DNA from: a virus
Direction: 5' to 3' (one strand)
IMG/VR virus record: IMGVR_UViG_3300043449_001609
Span: 4,864 to 68,863 of that record
Length of the DNA: 64,000 nt
In this document: positions 20,001 through 29,021 of the stretch, one piece after another
Numbering within the stretch: position 1 is the stretch's first letter
Layout: each line of letters begins with the position of its first letter
Notes under the pieces: generated by a model
The model's input: the letters and a program-made list of their open reading frames with translations, nothing else
The model's database searches: none
What the model was told of the DNA's origin: nothing
Translations under genes and position numbers: made by a program

Positions 20001-23000
20001 GGCAACTCCCGCAGATGGCCCAGCCCCATGGTCGGACTACAAATCGTTGCATGGCGGCCATTTGTATGGGGTGCTTGCTGTGCACTACCCACACACCGCG
20101 GTTACGGAGCTTCCTGATGGGTGGATAGTGGAGCCGGCAGGTCACGACGCCGATAGTGGGACGGTTTTTTTCCATGTTCGTGATGAGAATGGCAGGTATG
20201 TGCCCGACACACTGGCCACCAGTCGGGAACTAGCTGTACAGCAGGCGACAGAAAAAAGCAGTCTCCTATACCAATCTCCGCACTACAACGGGCGCGTGTT
20301 CTCGCGCAAACATGCGATACCAAATCTCATTGCCACGGCACGCGTGTCTGACATAGAAGCGGCCTCTGGTGAGACTGTGTTGGCAGCCCATGAGCTGCAG
20401 AGCGACTGGGGTGCTGACCTGATCGAGCAGGCAAAGCCCGAGACAACTTTGGAAGTCCTCCAGCGTAGACTTGATGAGGCCGCTGCCGCAAGAGACGCGG
20501 CATGGGAGGACTTTCATACACTCATAGCACCGTTTGTGCGAGACATTTCGACTGAGCTGGCGCTGGCGCTGGAGAAAGTACAACATACAGACCCTAACAG
20601 GTACGCAAAAGCTAAATTCGAAAGTAGGTTTTCGGGGACCGCGGAAGACTACGCCGAGAAAATGCTCATGCCCGGCGATCCGACAACTACAATGCGGCTC
20701 GTTCGACAAGCGCTCACGGGTTTCCGCACAACGCTGGGGGAGTTCAGGCACGCCATAAATGATGAGCGCTACAGACGAGTTAGAAATGCGTTGGATAACT
20801 TGGAAGAATCCACCGCCTACGACGATCTACTCCGAGCGCAGGATCGTTACTTTGACGCCACCAATGCGCTTGATCGGTATGAGCTGGACGGCCCCGAGCA
20901 AAGAAACGTGGCTCCACCAGCACCACACGTAAACGATACTCGCACATGGACGGCGCTCATCCTCAAGAACATGTTGCGGCACGCAGTGGACAACGGCTAC
21001 AACGGCATTGGCTGGGCGTCTGGCATGGATGTACACATCATGTTCCCCACCGCGGAAGATGGTTCCAGCACGTTGCCGGGCATGAAGAAGTACTATGACG
21101 AAATAGCACCGTCCGTTGCCCGTGACGTGATGAAGAAGCTCGGCGGTGGGGAAGTGACCACCATAGAAACGAAAGCTGGACAGCGCATCCACTACATCCC
21201 GTTGACGGACAAGCTGCGCGACACCGTCTCCCGAGGCATGCCGCTGTTCAGCAAGGCGCCCGCTGCGACGGCGCGAGCTAAGCCACTCCGCTCCATGACG
21301 TTCGATGATGACGTCGCTGGGGCCACGGCGCCGCAGGCAGCTGCCAGCACAATGCAGAAGTTCGGCAAGACGCTGCAGCAAGCATCGGACACAGTGCTTG
21401 GCCCGGAGCGCACGAACGCGCTTGACGGCCTGCTGCGTGGCACGGCGTCCGACGTCGCCAAGAACGCCACACTGGGTGCGCTGCCTCTGCATGCACTGGC
21501 TGACTGGATCAAGACGCGCGCCGGACGTGTGGTAACTGAGCAGACGCGCGCACTGGCTGACGCTGCGGCACGATTCCTTGATCTTGAGCGCTTGCGTAAC
21601 GGTGCGTACAAGGAGGCTGATGCCGACGTCGGTGCGATCTACAAGGCGACGGAAACGTGGCGGCGCGCGAACCCGAACAAGATTTCGGCATTCAACGAAG
21701 TTGTGTTCCGTGGTTCGGATGCCAAGATAGATTTCCGTTTCGGTGAGCCGCACTACGCCGAGCGGGTGGCTGCAGCCAAGAGCGAAGACGCGCGCGCCGC
21801 GGCCGTGGAGAAGCTGAACGCATACCGGGCGCTGAAGCCGCTGTACGACAGTCTCGGCAAGGACGGCCAAGCCACGTACGCCAAGATGCGTGCGACGTAC
21901 GACCGCCTGTACTACGACGTGGTCGAGCAGATCAGGCACAAGGTGCAGTCAATCAGCGGTGACGGCGAACTCGCTACGTCCGTGCACAACGTGTTCCATA
22001 GAAAGTTGATCGAGAGCGGTGGCCTTGAAGGTTACGCACCGTTCCTGCGTGAAGGCGACTACATCCTGAAGTACGACATCCGTGAGCCCGGCAAAGAAGG
22101 TACGGTGCCTGTGGTGCGGTTCTTCAAGAGCAAGCTGGAGCGCAGTCGCTTCATTGAGGGCATCGAGAAAGTTGATCCGGGGCTGGTGCAGGGGTCGATC
22201 CAGATGCCCGCCAAGGTGTCGCGAGAGACGTTCCGCGGTGCGCCGCCGAATTCGTTCATGGGGCAGCTCATGACGGTGCTGAGCGACAACGGTGTGCAGG
22301 GTGAGACGCTGGACGAAATCATGCGGCTGGCTGTGTCCCTGTCCCCGGAAGGTTCGCTCGCGCGGATGCTCCAGCACCGTAAGGGCACGCGCGGCTACGT
22401 CGAGGATGCGTTCTGGGCGTTCGAAAAGAATGCGCTCTCCTTGCGCAAGAAAGCGTTGAACCTGCGCTTCGCTGCCGACTTCTCCGACACACTGCGCAAG
22501 GTGAAGGACGCCGAGAAGCTGGCGGGTCCGGATGAAGTGTTGGTACGCCACGCACAAGAGCTGGAGAAGCGACTGCAGTTTGCGATGAACCCGACGCTGC
22601 CCACGTGGTCGCACCTCGCGCGCACCGCGACATACGCATGGACGCTGGGGCTCAACGTATCCTCCGCCATGATCGACATGGCAGCGATCCCCATGGTGTT
22701 CTACCCGTATCTGCTTGCCAACTACGGCAGCTCGGCTACCGCGGCGCTGAGCGACGCCACCAAGGTGTTCTTCGGCAGTGGGCGCACGCACCGGGTGGAG
22801 TCGTACCTGACTGCTGGCTTGGAAGGTGACGCTCTGAAGGAGGCGAAGAAAGCAGCCGGGCTCACGGGGCGCGACATCTCGGAGCTCAAGGGATACTACT
22901 CGATCACCAACTACGACTTCTCCAAGATCACGGACCCGCGCATCAAGCGGCTGGAGACGCTGGCGAAAATCGCCAACGACCATGGGCAGGTGATCCGGTT

Positions 23001-24228
23001 CTCCATGTACGACGACAAGGACGCGTTGCAGGAGGGCAGCACGCTCGCCAAGGTGAACGCGTGGCAGGGGCTGATGATGCAGCTGAGCGAGCGCACGCGC
23101 CGCGAGATTGGCATGACCGCGCACTATAACCTCGCACTGGACAAGATCGAGCGCGCCACGGGGCGCCCGGCGACCGCCGCCGAGCAGCAGCAGGCAGCGC
23201 GGAACGCTGTGGACTTCATCGAGAACACCAGCGGTGGCCTGTCCAGCATCGCCTCTCCACGATGGTCGCAGTCGTCTCTTGGCAGCGTGGCGTTCCTGTA
23301 CAAGAAGTACGGCCTCACCATGTACTACCACCAGTTCAAGATGCTGCGGGAGCTGCTGGCGTCCGAGTCCGATCCGGCGACGCGCGCGGCAGCGAAGCGG
23401 CAGTTCTTCACCACCATGGTCACGTCGGCCCTCTTTGCTGGTGTGCGTGGGATGCCCATGGTCGGCATCGTGGCGGCGCTCTGGAACGCGTTCAAGGACG
23501 AGGAAGACGACGACTTCAACACCATGCTGTCGAAGAACATCGGCTGGGGCGCTACGGGTCCGATCAACGCGCTGCTCAACACTGAGGTGTCGGCTCGGGT
23601 GAGCTTGACCAACCTGCTCGTGCGCGACCTGCCCGGCAACGAGAACCGGAGCACGGCGGACATCTTCGCACTGGTGCTGGGCGGGCCTGCGTGGGGCACT
23701 GCAGATCGCGTGATGCGGGGCGTGGGGCTCATCAACCAAGGCAACATGGAGCGTGGGCTGGAGACGCTGCTGCCGGCCTCTGTGGCGAACGTCATGAAGT
23801 CGGTGCGGTACTACGCCGAGGGCACCACCAACCTGAAGGGCGATCCGATTACCAAGGACGTGTCGTTCTTCAACGCAGTGGGACAGGCAATCGGCTTCGC
23901 GCCGGCGGACTACATCGCCGCGCAGGAGCGCGCCACGATCCTCAAGGCAGGCGACGACGCCATGCGCGCTGCGCGCGGCAAGCTGATGCAGCGCCTGTGG
24001 ATTGCCAGCCGTGCCAGCGATGCCGAGGAAGTGCGTTCGATCATGCAGGACGTGCAGGAGTTCAACAAGCGGTATCCGTACTCGGCCATCACCGGGGACA
24101 CGATCATGCGCTCGCGCTCCCAGCACATGCGCGCCCTGAAGGACATGATCTACAGCAGGATTCCGGATGCGTCGCGGCGGGCGTTCTGGCTGTCTCAGCT
24201 GCGGGAGCAGGGTGCCGACGACTTCTAG
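17032..24228 (+). CDS. Large polyvalent ejection protein (2398 aa) with zincin-like and PLxRFG-like regions
   Basis: AAGGAG RBS; LMLHEIAVH...WEEVAAY metallopeptidase-like motif; YAPFLREGDY resembles PLxRFG motif; last gene of virion operon. Confidence 0.7.
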   Translation: MPYMFPLPNGQYVNVTDDTPPDVVEARLRKEAPQLFAGLEVEQPAPDYGLLEAFGKGVKRGTRQMASAFGDVIPAMAANALGADEYAKQQMDEAAASREAIQKEVPAQVPSYRDVDGVRSGAIYALEAAGEAVPSMLGALLPGGIAGSIAKRGVLAAAEKGALSLGAKELATLAAKKQMTGQLVGAYLGSYAQNAPEIFQNIYDRTGDMRPGVAMLASTVSAALDTVVPAKVLHGMNAPVRAEVVKQLLQKSGTHPVLAGLAKGLLAGAAEEGITEAAQEGVSIAAERFVEGNDSLWTSDEWHRVIDSGLKGAAGGAGFGALGGGAEAYRVKTEAERVDQPPPPAPFTGKQLGWMGEDDAGAADFGPVFTGGPTDGEPPAGGMREHELPDAENLRTFDMSQEAERAGAPLHQFGDVFPPPETKEAPATPSATRLGWIGEADEGAPAADFGSVVDMANQPEFYNTVNKFPAVVPPTTDFVGTDTGDVSASADEASAAALERQYRPRPLDIPTVSAPRPITLEDVAATGVAYPGRDRWFAENVVGKTQDELRQLVFNKPELLPTQGQELSEKQRAKNVKLNPRAQVISALLGKPLVAEDAPAQVGKAIAEAVPNRPGWLQSYADDLTTRVTPLLPNGSALKAALQVERTAIRRSKASDDAKQAKLAMVDAIQQKGNAYRQQMRKQPKQTPLKSQGDSTTTGHTADELNSRLDSIFGAGFMDKLFGTGRFHVGSAEQVGAATQEDTGNTRGMYDRRTGITHLIADNIPKALTDNQLRGLMLHEIAVHALRVGRDSDGWQFLMSELQRLHKLGNKDVVEAHERAAAAGTEDADLWEEVAAYLVQNKPKASITRRILTWFKDQVNKVLSAFGRDRLSLTPDDITAMAQSAFARAPRELSKAVVPGEGVIPSERAPIWYSQLKRVMEQQGETERSGNEWIQWLNGNLSKLGVKKVEVEASGITDFLALLGKKKTSAQELAAFVERNGPRVESRVLSATPADGPAPWSDYKSLHGGHLYGVLAVHYPHTAVTELPDGWIVEPAGHDADSGTVFFHVRDENGRYVPDTLATSRELAVQQATEKSSLLYQSPHYNGRVFSRKHAIPNLIATARVSDIEAASGETVLAAHELQSDWGADLIEQAKPETTLEVLQRRLDEAAAARDAAWEDFHTLIAPFVRDISTELALALEKVQHTDPNRYAKAKFESRFSGTAEDYAEKMLMPGDPTTTMRLVRQALTGFRTTLGEFRHAINDERYRRVRNALDNLEESTAYDDLLRAQDRYFDATNALDRYELDGPEQRNVAPPAPHVNDTRTWTALILKNMLRHAVDNGYNGIGWASGMDVHIMFPTAEDGSSTLPGMKKYYDEIAPSVARDVMKKLGGGEVTTIETKAGQRIHYIPLTDKLRDTVSRGMPLFSKAPAATARAKPLRSMTFDDDVAGATAPQAAASTMQKFGKTLQQASDTVLGPERTNALDGLLRGTASDVAKNATLGALPLHALADWIKTRAGRVVTEQTRALADAAARFLDLERLRNGAYKEADADVGAIYKATETWRRANPNKISAFNEVVFRGSDAKIDFRFGEPHYAERVAAAKSEDARAAAVEKLNAYRALKPLYDSLGKDGQATYAKMRATYDRLYYDVVEQIRHKVQSISGDGELATSVHNVFHRKLIESGGLEGYAPFLREGDYILKYDIREPGKEGTVPVVRFFKSKLERSRFIEGIEKVDPGLVQGSIQMPAKVSRETFRGAPPNSFMGQLMTVLSDNGVQGETLDEIMRLAVSLSPEGSLARMLQHRKGTRGYVEDAFWAFEKNALSLRKKALNLRFAADFSDTLRKVKDAEKLAGPDEVLVRHAQELEKRLQFAMNPTLPTWSHLARTATYAWTLGLNVSSAMIDMAAIPMVFYPYLLANYGSSATAALSDATKVFFGSGRTHRVESYLTAGLEGDALKEAKKAAGLTGRDISELKGYYSITNYDFSKITDPRIKRLETLAKIANDHGQVIRFSMYDDKDALQEGSTLAKVNAWQGLMMQLSERTRREIGMTAHYNLALDKIERATGRPATAAEQQQAARNAVDFIENTSGGLSSIASPRWSQSSLGSVAFLYKKYGLTMYYHQFKMLRELLASESDPATRAAAKRQFFTTMVTSALFAGVRGMPMVGIVAALWNAFKDEEDDDFNTMLSKNIGWGATGPINALLNTEVSARVSLTNLLVRDLPGNENRSTADIFALVLGGPAWGTADRVMRGVGLINQGNMERGLETLLPASVANVMKSVRYYAEGTTNLKGDPITKDVSFFNAVGQAIGFAPADYIAAQERATILKAGDDAMRAARGKLMQRLWIASRASDAEEVRSIMQDVQEFNKRYPYSAITGDTIMRSRSQHMRALKDMIYSRIPDASRRAFWLSQLREQGADDF

Positions 24229-24257
24229 AAAAAAGAACCCCCGCACGGGGCGGGGGC
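24229..24257 (-). terminator. Intrinsic terminator at convergence of the two genome arms
   Basis: GCCCCCGC-CCCGT-GCGGGGGT-TCTTTTTT on - strand. Confidence 0.8.
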
Positions 24258-24297
24258 AACAACTTGAGAGGACTTGAACGACGCCGACCAAAGCGTC
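24229..24297 (-). ncRNA. Candidate small RNA (~69 nt): 5' hairpin, unpaired anti-RBS seed, terminator
   Basis: GACGCU-UUGGUC-GGCGUC hairpin at predicted +1, then GUUCAAGUCCUCUCAAGUUGUU, then GC hairpin and U-tract; own promoter. Confidence 0.6.
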
Positions 24298-24303
24298 ACG
24301 TGC

Positions 24304-24332
24304 ATTATACCGCCCGGCTCAGCTGTCTGCAA
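24304..24332 (-). promoter_or_regulatory. Sigma70-type promoter overlapping the primase stop codon
   Basis: TTGCAG-N17-TATAAT. Confidence 0.65.
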
Positions 24333-27153
24333 CCTCCCCGGCGGCAGCGTCCAGCGGCTTCTGCATCTCCGGTGTAAACCACCCTTCCCCGCTAACCTTG
24401 AGTGCCAGCGTGGGCGGCATGTCGATCTTCGTGCCCTTGCCCAGCCTGCACCGAACAAGCGTGCCATTGGCCGGCGCGCGCTGCATCTCCTTGACCAGCC
24501 ATCCGTAGTTGATCTGCCGGGACACGCACCAGTTCTTGAGTGGCGTGGGCAGGATGTACCACATGTTGGTGTCCGTCTCGTGCCGGCCCCGGATGTCTCC
24601 GCGCGGCACTGCGTCCACTATGGACGCGTCATGGCGTCGCCTGTCGTCGGTACTGCGCAGGCGCAGGAAGTTGCTGTACGTGGCGTTCAGGTACTCCATC
24701 AGCAGGTCGGGTGCCGATAGATCATCGTCGTTGATCCGCTTGCGCTCCTGTATCAGCGCTCGGATTATCCACGCCTGCAGCGCTTCCAGATCGTAGCTGA
24801 CCAGTCCGAGGTGCTTGGCGATCTTGAGTGCCGTCAGTACGCAGGCTGCTTGCACGGACCAGTGGCGGTTCTCGGCGGTGAGTCCGGCGGCCTCGTCAAT
24901 GTCTTGCTGAATGGCAGCCACAGCAGCCTGCACATCCTCCACGTGCTCCATGACATACGCCAGAAAGATCGGCCCCGCGTGCCCGTAGTTGGCCTTGAGC
25001 GCGCGGCTGAACACGTCCGTTTCGTGCTTGTTCTTGAACAGCATGCGGTGCGCTGTCACTTCGATGACACGCTGCGCTTCCGCCTTCGGCACAGCCTTGT
25101 ACTCGGATATGCGCTCAAGCAAGCTGGTGTTGCCGGTGGTGACTGCGATCAGCGCCCATGGCTTACCCCGCGTGCGCTCGACGTTCATGCTGCCTGCCAT
25201 GCGGTTGCGCTGCATGCCGCTGGGTATCTGGTAGATAATGTCGCTCGCTTCGTTGGGCTTCACGTTGGTCATCTCGTCCAGATACAGCGGCAGGTCTTTG
25301 TACACTTCCGCACGCAGCATCTTGGAGTTGTTCGTGTCCTGCTCGATCAGCACATACTGATCCGGGTCTGCCCACACCGATGCACCAGCCCACATCGCTG
25401 ACGTCTTGCCAAGGCCGGAGTCTTTGCTGTGGAAGTGGAACAGGCTGCCGCGGATGGGCGTGAGTCGTGTGAGCACCGAACCGAACCCGGTGCCGACGAT
25501 GTATTGGTGGGCTTCGAAGTCCGGCCGGTTGTAGAAGTTGACGGTGTCCTTCCAATCTTGCAGCGTTCCTTTCGGAACGAAGATGGGGAACAACTTCACC
25601 GTTGTCGGCGCCGGCGGGTTCGCGACTGTTCCCTTGACGGTGTACACCTTGTCTCCCAGAGCGAACCCCGTGAAGGTGTCATCCGTCCAGCCGAACTGTC
25701 TGTGTGTAAATGCAGCTGATGTTGTGTACTCCATTTTAGTCGTCCACTTGATGAGGTAGTCCATGATGAGGTCGACCTTCGGCTCCAGCACACCGTGCTT
25801 GGCCATGATCTTCCTCAGTTCTTCTTTCGTCGCCACGGTGGTTGTGGGCACCGTGATTTCCCGAACACCATCGCGCGGCATGTGCACGCGCACGATGATC
25901 GCATCTCCCACATCCTCGTCGTTGATCCGGTTCACAACGTACATGTCGTTGCGATATACGCAGACGTCCATGGGGTCGCCGGCCTTGTCCTGCGTACGAA
26001 GGTACACGCCGCCGTTCTTGCCGCGGAAGTAGGGTGCAGGGTACTGCGGCACTTCCAACGTCACGGATTCCGCGTCTTCCCACTGCGCGCGCTTGGTGGG
26101 TTCCTTCACGGTCACCACGTTATCTTCCGGCTCCGCTTCGATCACTTCTTTCCCAAGCTGTATGGGAGATGTGATCCTGCCCTTGTGCGGGCAGCCTTCG
26201 CAGCGCTCGGCGTTCAACGTCGCAAACGAACTGCAGTGGTACGGACCTTTCGTGAGCTGTGCCTTTTCGGCCGTCTCGGCTGGGTTGTAGTTGGGGTGCT
26301 TCTCGGAAATCTTGTGTATCGCCTTGTCGGCGTCAACACAGTGCGCTGCGATAGACAGCGCAGCTCGCCACAGGGGCTCGTCAACTTCGTCTTGGTGCGT
26401 CGCCGCAAACGTCAGCTGGCTGCACCCGGTGCCCTTGGCACACTTCTGCATGATGGTGCGAAAGCGGCTCGTCATGTTGCCCAGCAACGCGTCCATGAGT
26501 GGATCGCTCGGCAGACTTATCGCTGCAGGCACAGGAGTCTTGATGACAGGCACCAGCTCGCGCACGCGCGCAACAGATAACAGCTGGCCGCCGGGCACTA
26601 CCACACGCACCGGACGCGGCGTGCCGTCCTTCATGTTCTCACTGCCGGGCACACGCAGTACGCGCGCACTGTCAGCTGTTACAACAGGGTCGATAGCAAA
26701 CCCATTCGACAGGCAGAGCTCACGGAAGCCGTCAGCAAGCGGCTGCCACTCTCGTCTCGGCAGTGCGTCTTCCAACGGCCAGTACGCGTGGATGCCGCGC
26801 CCGGAGTTCACCACGATGGGTTTGGGCAGCTTGTGTTGCTTGCAGAATGCGCGCAGCGCCGTGACCGCGTGGGGCTGGTCGACAAATGGCTTGCCTACCC
26901 CACAGTCCAGATCGACGAACAGGGACCGCAGCGCCTCGACGTTATCGGCCTTGCGCCCCTTCGGATCGACAAACGTGGCGAGCGCAAAATAGACATCACA
27001 CCCTTCGCCGGCGCGCTGCATGGCAGCATCGACCAGCTGTGGGATGGTCTTATGAAACGTCTGCACAGGTTGCTGGCTAGACGCGCGCGTAGCGAACAGG
27101 CAGTAGTAGCCCGTGTCGCTCAAAACTATACGCAGAAACTCGTCTGTGGTCAT
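24319..27153 (-). CDS. Primase-helicase (RepB/AEP-like primase plus DUF927-type helicase)
   Basis: FVDLD, NSGRGIHAYW, RVLRVPG; Walker A SGLGKTS; YLDE. Confidence 0.85.
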   Translation of the reverse strand: MTTDEFLRIVLSDTGYYCLFATRASSQQPVQTFHKTIPQLVDAAMQRAGEGCDVYFALATFVDPKGRKADNVEALRSLFVDLDCGVGKPFVDQPHAVTALRAFCKQHKLPKPIVVNSGRGIHAYWPLEDALPRREWQPLADGFRELCLSNGFAIDPVVTADSARVLRVPGSENMKDGTPRPVRVVVPGGQLLSVARVRELVPVIKTPVPAAISLPSDPLMDALLGNMTSRFRTIMQKCAKGTGCSQLTFAATHQDEVDEPLWRAALSIAAHCVDADKAIHKISEKHPNYNPAETAEKAQLTKGPYHCSSFATLNAERCEGCPHKGRITSPIQLGKEVIEAEPEDNVVTVKEPTKRAQWEDAESVTLEVPQYPAPYFRGKNGGVYLRTQDKAGDPMDVCVYRNDMYVVNRINDEDVGDAIIVRVHMPRDGVREITVPTTTVATKEELRKIMAKHGVLEPKVDLIMDYLIKWTTKMEYTTSAAFTHRQFGWTDDTFTGFALGDKVYTVKGTVANPPAPTTVKLFPIFVPKGTLQDWKDTVNFYNRPDFEAHQYIVGTGFGSVLTRLTPIRGSLFHFHSKDSGLGKTSAMWAGASVWADPDQYVLIEQDTNNSKMLRAEVYKDLPLYLDEMTNVKPNEASDIIYQIPSGMQRNRMAGSMNVERTRGKPWALIAVTTGNTSLLERISEYKAVPKAEAQRVIEVTAHRMLFKNKHETDVFSRALKANYGHAGPIFLAYVMEHVEDVQAAVAAIQQDIDEAAGLTAENRHWSVQAACVLTALKIAKHLGLVSYDLEALQAWIIRALIQERKRINDDDLSAPDLLMEYLNATYSNFLRLRSTDDRRRHDASIVDAVPRGDIRGRHETDTNMWYILPTPLKNWCVSRQINYGWLVKEMQRAPANGTLVRCRLGKGTKIDMPPTLALKVSGEGWFTPEMQKPLDAAAGEVADS

Positions 27154-27177
27154 GCGCCATACCAGAGCAAAGCGGGG

Positions 27178-27204
27178 AAAAAGAAGGGCCTTGCGGCCCC
27201 TCTC
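27178..27204 (-). terminator. Intrinsic terminator after SSB-like gene
   Basis: GGGGCC-GCAA-GGCCCT-TCTTTTT on - strand. Confidence 0.75.
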
Positions 27205-27223
27205 ACGTCAACACACGATGGTG

Positions 27224-28249
27224 TTACTCGTCATCCCACTCGTCCAGCATGCTGCCCAAGTCCTTGACAGGAGCCGCAGGCTCCGGCGCCTTCGTTTGCT
27301 CCCGGCGCTTCGGCTCGGCAACGGGCTCCGTGGCAGGCTCGGCGCTACCAAAGCCTTTCGCACCCTTCGGACGGCCACGCGTCTTGACAGCTGCCGGTGC
27401 CGGCGTAGGTGCGGGCGCTTCTTCGTCGTCGCCTTCCTCGTCGTCAGCTGCCGGCTCCGGCGCAGGGGCGGGCTTGGACTTGGCGCCGCCGAACAGATCG
27501 GCCTTTTCCTTCTTCTCGGCTTTCTTCTCCGTGCGATCTGCTTGCGCTACCGTAAAGGTGATGGCGTTCAGCGCTTCCGGGCTGTCTTTGTGCTCGATAA
27601 CCGCACGCAGCTCGTCTTCGTCCAGCGGGCGCACCGGGCTGAAGGTCAGCATCGGGGTCGTGGAGTCGACGTCCATCGTCATGCGCGTGACCACGCTGAT
27701 GATGTGCGTGTTGTGTGCCTTCAGCAGACGGGCGTACCCCTGCATGGACATCTTGTTCTTGTCGCCACCAAATAGCGACGTCGCCGGCAGCTGCATCTGG
27801 TACACCGGGCCATCTTCAATAGCGCCGTCCAGCACGACAGCCACACGTTGCGAGAAGCGGCACGCACGGCTTTCGCCTTGGCCAGACCCCTTGATGTTCT
27901 GCGGGCAGTCCATGCAGCGGCTGGCTTGGCGCTGATCCTCCGGCACATCATCGGCAGGCACTTGCGTGTCGCGCGACCAGCAGGTCGGTGCGGACGACTC
28001 GCCCTCCACGTACGGGCCGTCGTAGAAGTGTCGGGACATGGTTGCCGCCGCAACAATCACCACGTCCAGCTCGCTCTCTTTCGATACGCGCACTTCTTCG
28101 CCGTTGATGACTTCGCGGAATCGACCACCGCGGATCGAGATGCGGTTACCTCCACCGCCGCCCGCCAGTGTGCCGGTGATGTTATCTTCGATACCCTCAA
28201 GCAGTTTGAGAGCTGGGTTCTTCTTGAACAATGCAAGATCGGTACTCAT
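27224..28249 (-). CDS. Single-stranded DNA-binding-like protein
   Basis: RISIRGGRF, PTCWS, CMDCPQN...SRAC; acidic aromatic tail LDEWDDE; replication context. Confidence 0.6.
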   Translation of the reverse strand: MSTDLALFKKNPALKLLEGIEDNITGTLAGGGGGNRISIRGGRFREVINGEEVRVSKESELDVVIVAAATMSRHFYDGPYVEGESSAPTCWSRDTQVPADDVPEDQRQASRCMDCPQNIKGSGQGESRACRFSQRVAVVLDGAIEDGPVYQMQLPATSLFGGDKNKMSMQGYARLLKAHNTHIISVVTRMTMDVDSTTPMLTFSPVRPLDEDELRAVIEHKDSPEALNAITFTVAQADRTEKKAEKKEKADLFGGAKSKPAPAPEPAADDEEGDDEEAPAPTPAPAAVKTRGRPKGAKGFGSAEPATEPVAEPKRREQTKAPEPAAPVKDLGSMLDEWDDE

Positions 28250-28545
28250 TCAGAGTCTCCTTCAGTTGGGAAAATATCTTCCAGTCGAAACGGCCGGTGC
28301 TCCGGTGCGGGCACAGGCTCCTCCAGTTGCAGCGGTAGCTGCTCCTCATCCACGGCCGCTACGCGAGGCTGCGGCCTGAACGCTATCAGCAGGGCTTCCA
28401 TATCGAAGCGATACGTCTGCCCTATCTTGCAGTAGCAGTGCGCAGGGACAAGCCCACGGCGCAGCCAATACCGCACGGTTCCTACAGTCACATCCAGCTG
28501 CGTCGCCACCGCGTCAATGCGAACCCAGCGCGGGTCATCGCTCAT
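28246..28545 (-). CDS. Excisionase/MerR-like helix-turn-helix protein
   Basis: VATQLDVTVGTVRYWLRRGLVP...KIGQTYRF. Confidence 0.7.
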   Translation of the reverse strand: MSDDPRWVRIDAVATQLDVTVGTVRYWLRRGLVPAHCYCKIGQTYRFDMEALLIAFRPQPRVAAVDEEQLPLQLEEPVPAPEHRPFRLEDIFPTEGDSE

Positions 28546-28548
28546 GGG

Positions 28549-28962
28549 TCAGCCCCCTGATGCGCGCGGCTTGGTGATGACGATTTCGTACTTGACCGTG
28601 CTGTTCAGCCCGGGCGGCAGCAGGTCGGGGTGATCGGTCAGGAACTCTTTCATGTTGCTCTGGTTGATGCGACGGTCGAGCAGCCCCAGCGCGTCGTGCT
28701 CCTTGATGAAGCCGTACATCGAATCCCAGTCGTTCGTCTCGTACCGCGTGCTGGTCTTGCGGTAGAAGCTGCCGGCATCCGTGCGCCCGCTCTCGACGTT
28801 GTGCTCTTTGCAGTAGTCCATGAGCGCTTGCTTGATGATGGTCTGCTTTTCTTCCAGCTCGGCGTCTTGGTCTTCGAACGCCTTCTTGAGTTCGGAGCGC
28901 TTGTTGCGCAGCTTGATGAACACTTTGACCAGACGTTCGATGTCCAGTGTGCTGTCGGTCAT
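28549..28962 (-). CDS. Hypothetical replication-region protein
   Basis: GGAGT RBS before ATG 28962; coiled coil then RTDAGSFY...NDWD. Confidence 0.65.
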   Translation of the reverse strand: MTDSTLDIERLVKVFIKLRNKRSELKKAFEDQDAELEEKQTIIKQALMDYCKEHNVESGRTDAGSFYRKTSTRYETNDWDSMYGFIKEHDALGLLDRRINQSNMKEFLTDHPDLLPPGLNSTVKYEIVITKPRASGG

Positions 28963-28992
28963 GGGGTGGACTCCATGGTGGGTTGAGCTGTC

Positions 28993-29021
28993 ATTAAAAC
29001 ATAACAATTCGTTTCAATCAA
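28993..29021 (-). promoter_or_regulatory. Sigma70-type promoter (extended -10)
   Basis: TTGATT-N17-TTTAAT with TGn. Confidence 0.55.

Noticed and set aside
17032-24228. N4-like virion RNA polymerase recognising hairpin promoters
   Set aside because: No polymerase motifs recognised in the protein, and the early genes have ordinary sigma70 promoters.
21949-24291. Long antisense ORFs (also 6487-8016, 16981-18726, 52465-54699, 55345-56553)
   Set aside because: Shadow frames of GC3-rich genes; no motifs or RBS, unlike the same-strand nested HNH ORF.
27185-27200. Same GGGGCCGCAAGGCCC hairpin here and at 60284
   Set aside because: Generic GNRA-loop terminator; the identity needs no special explanation.
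28246-28545. Excisionase as proof of a temperate lifestyle
   Set aside because: No integrase or CI-like repressor in the window; this HTH type also occurs in lytic phages.
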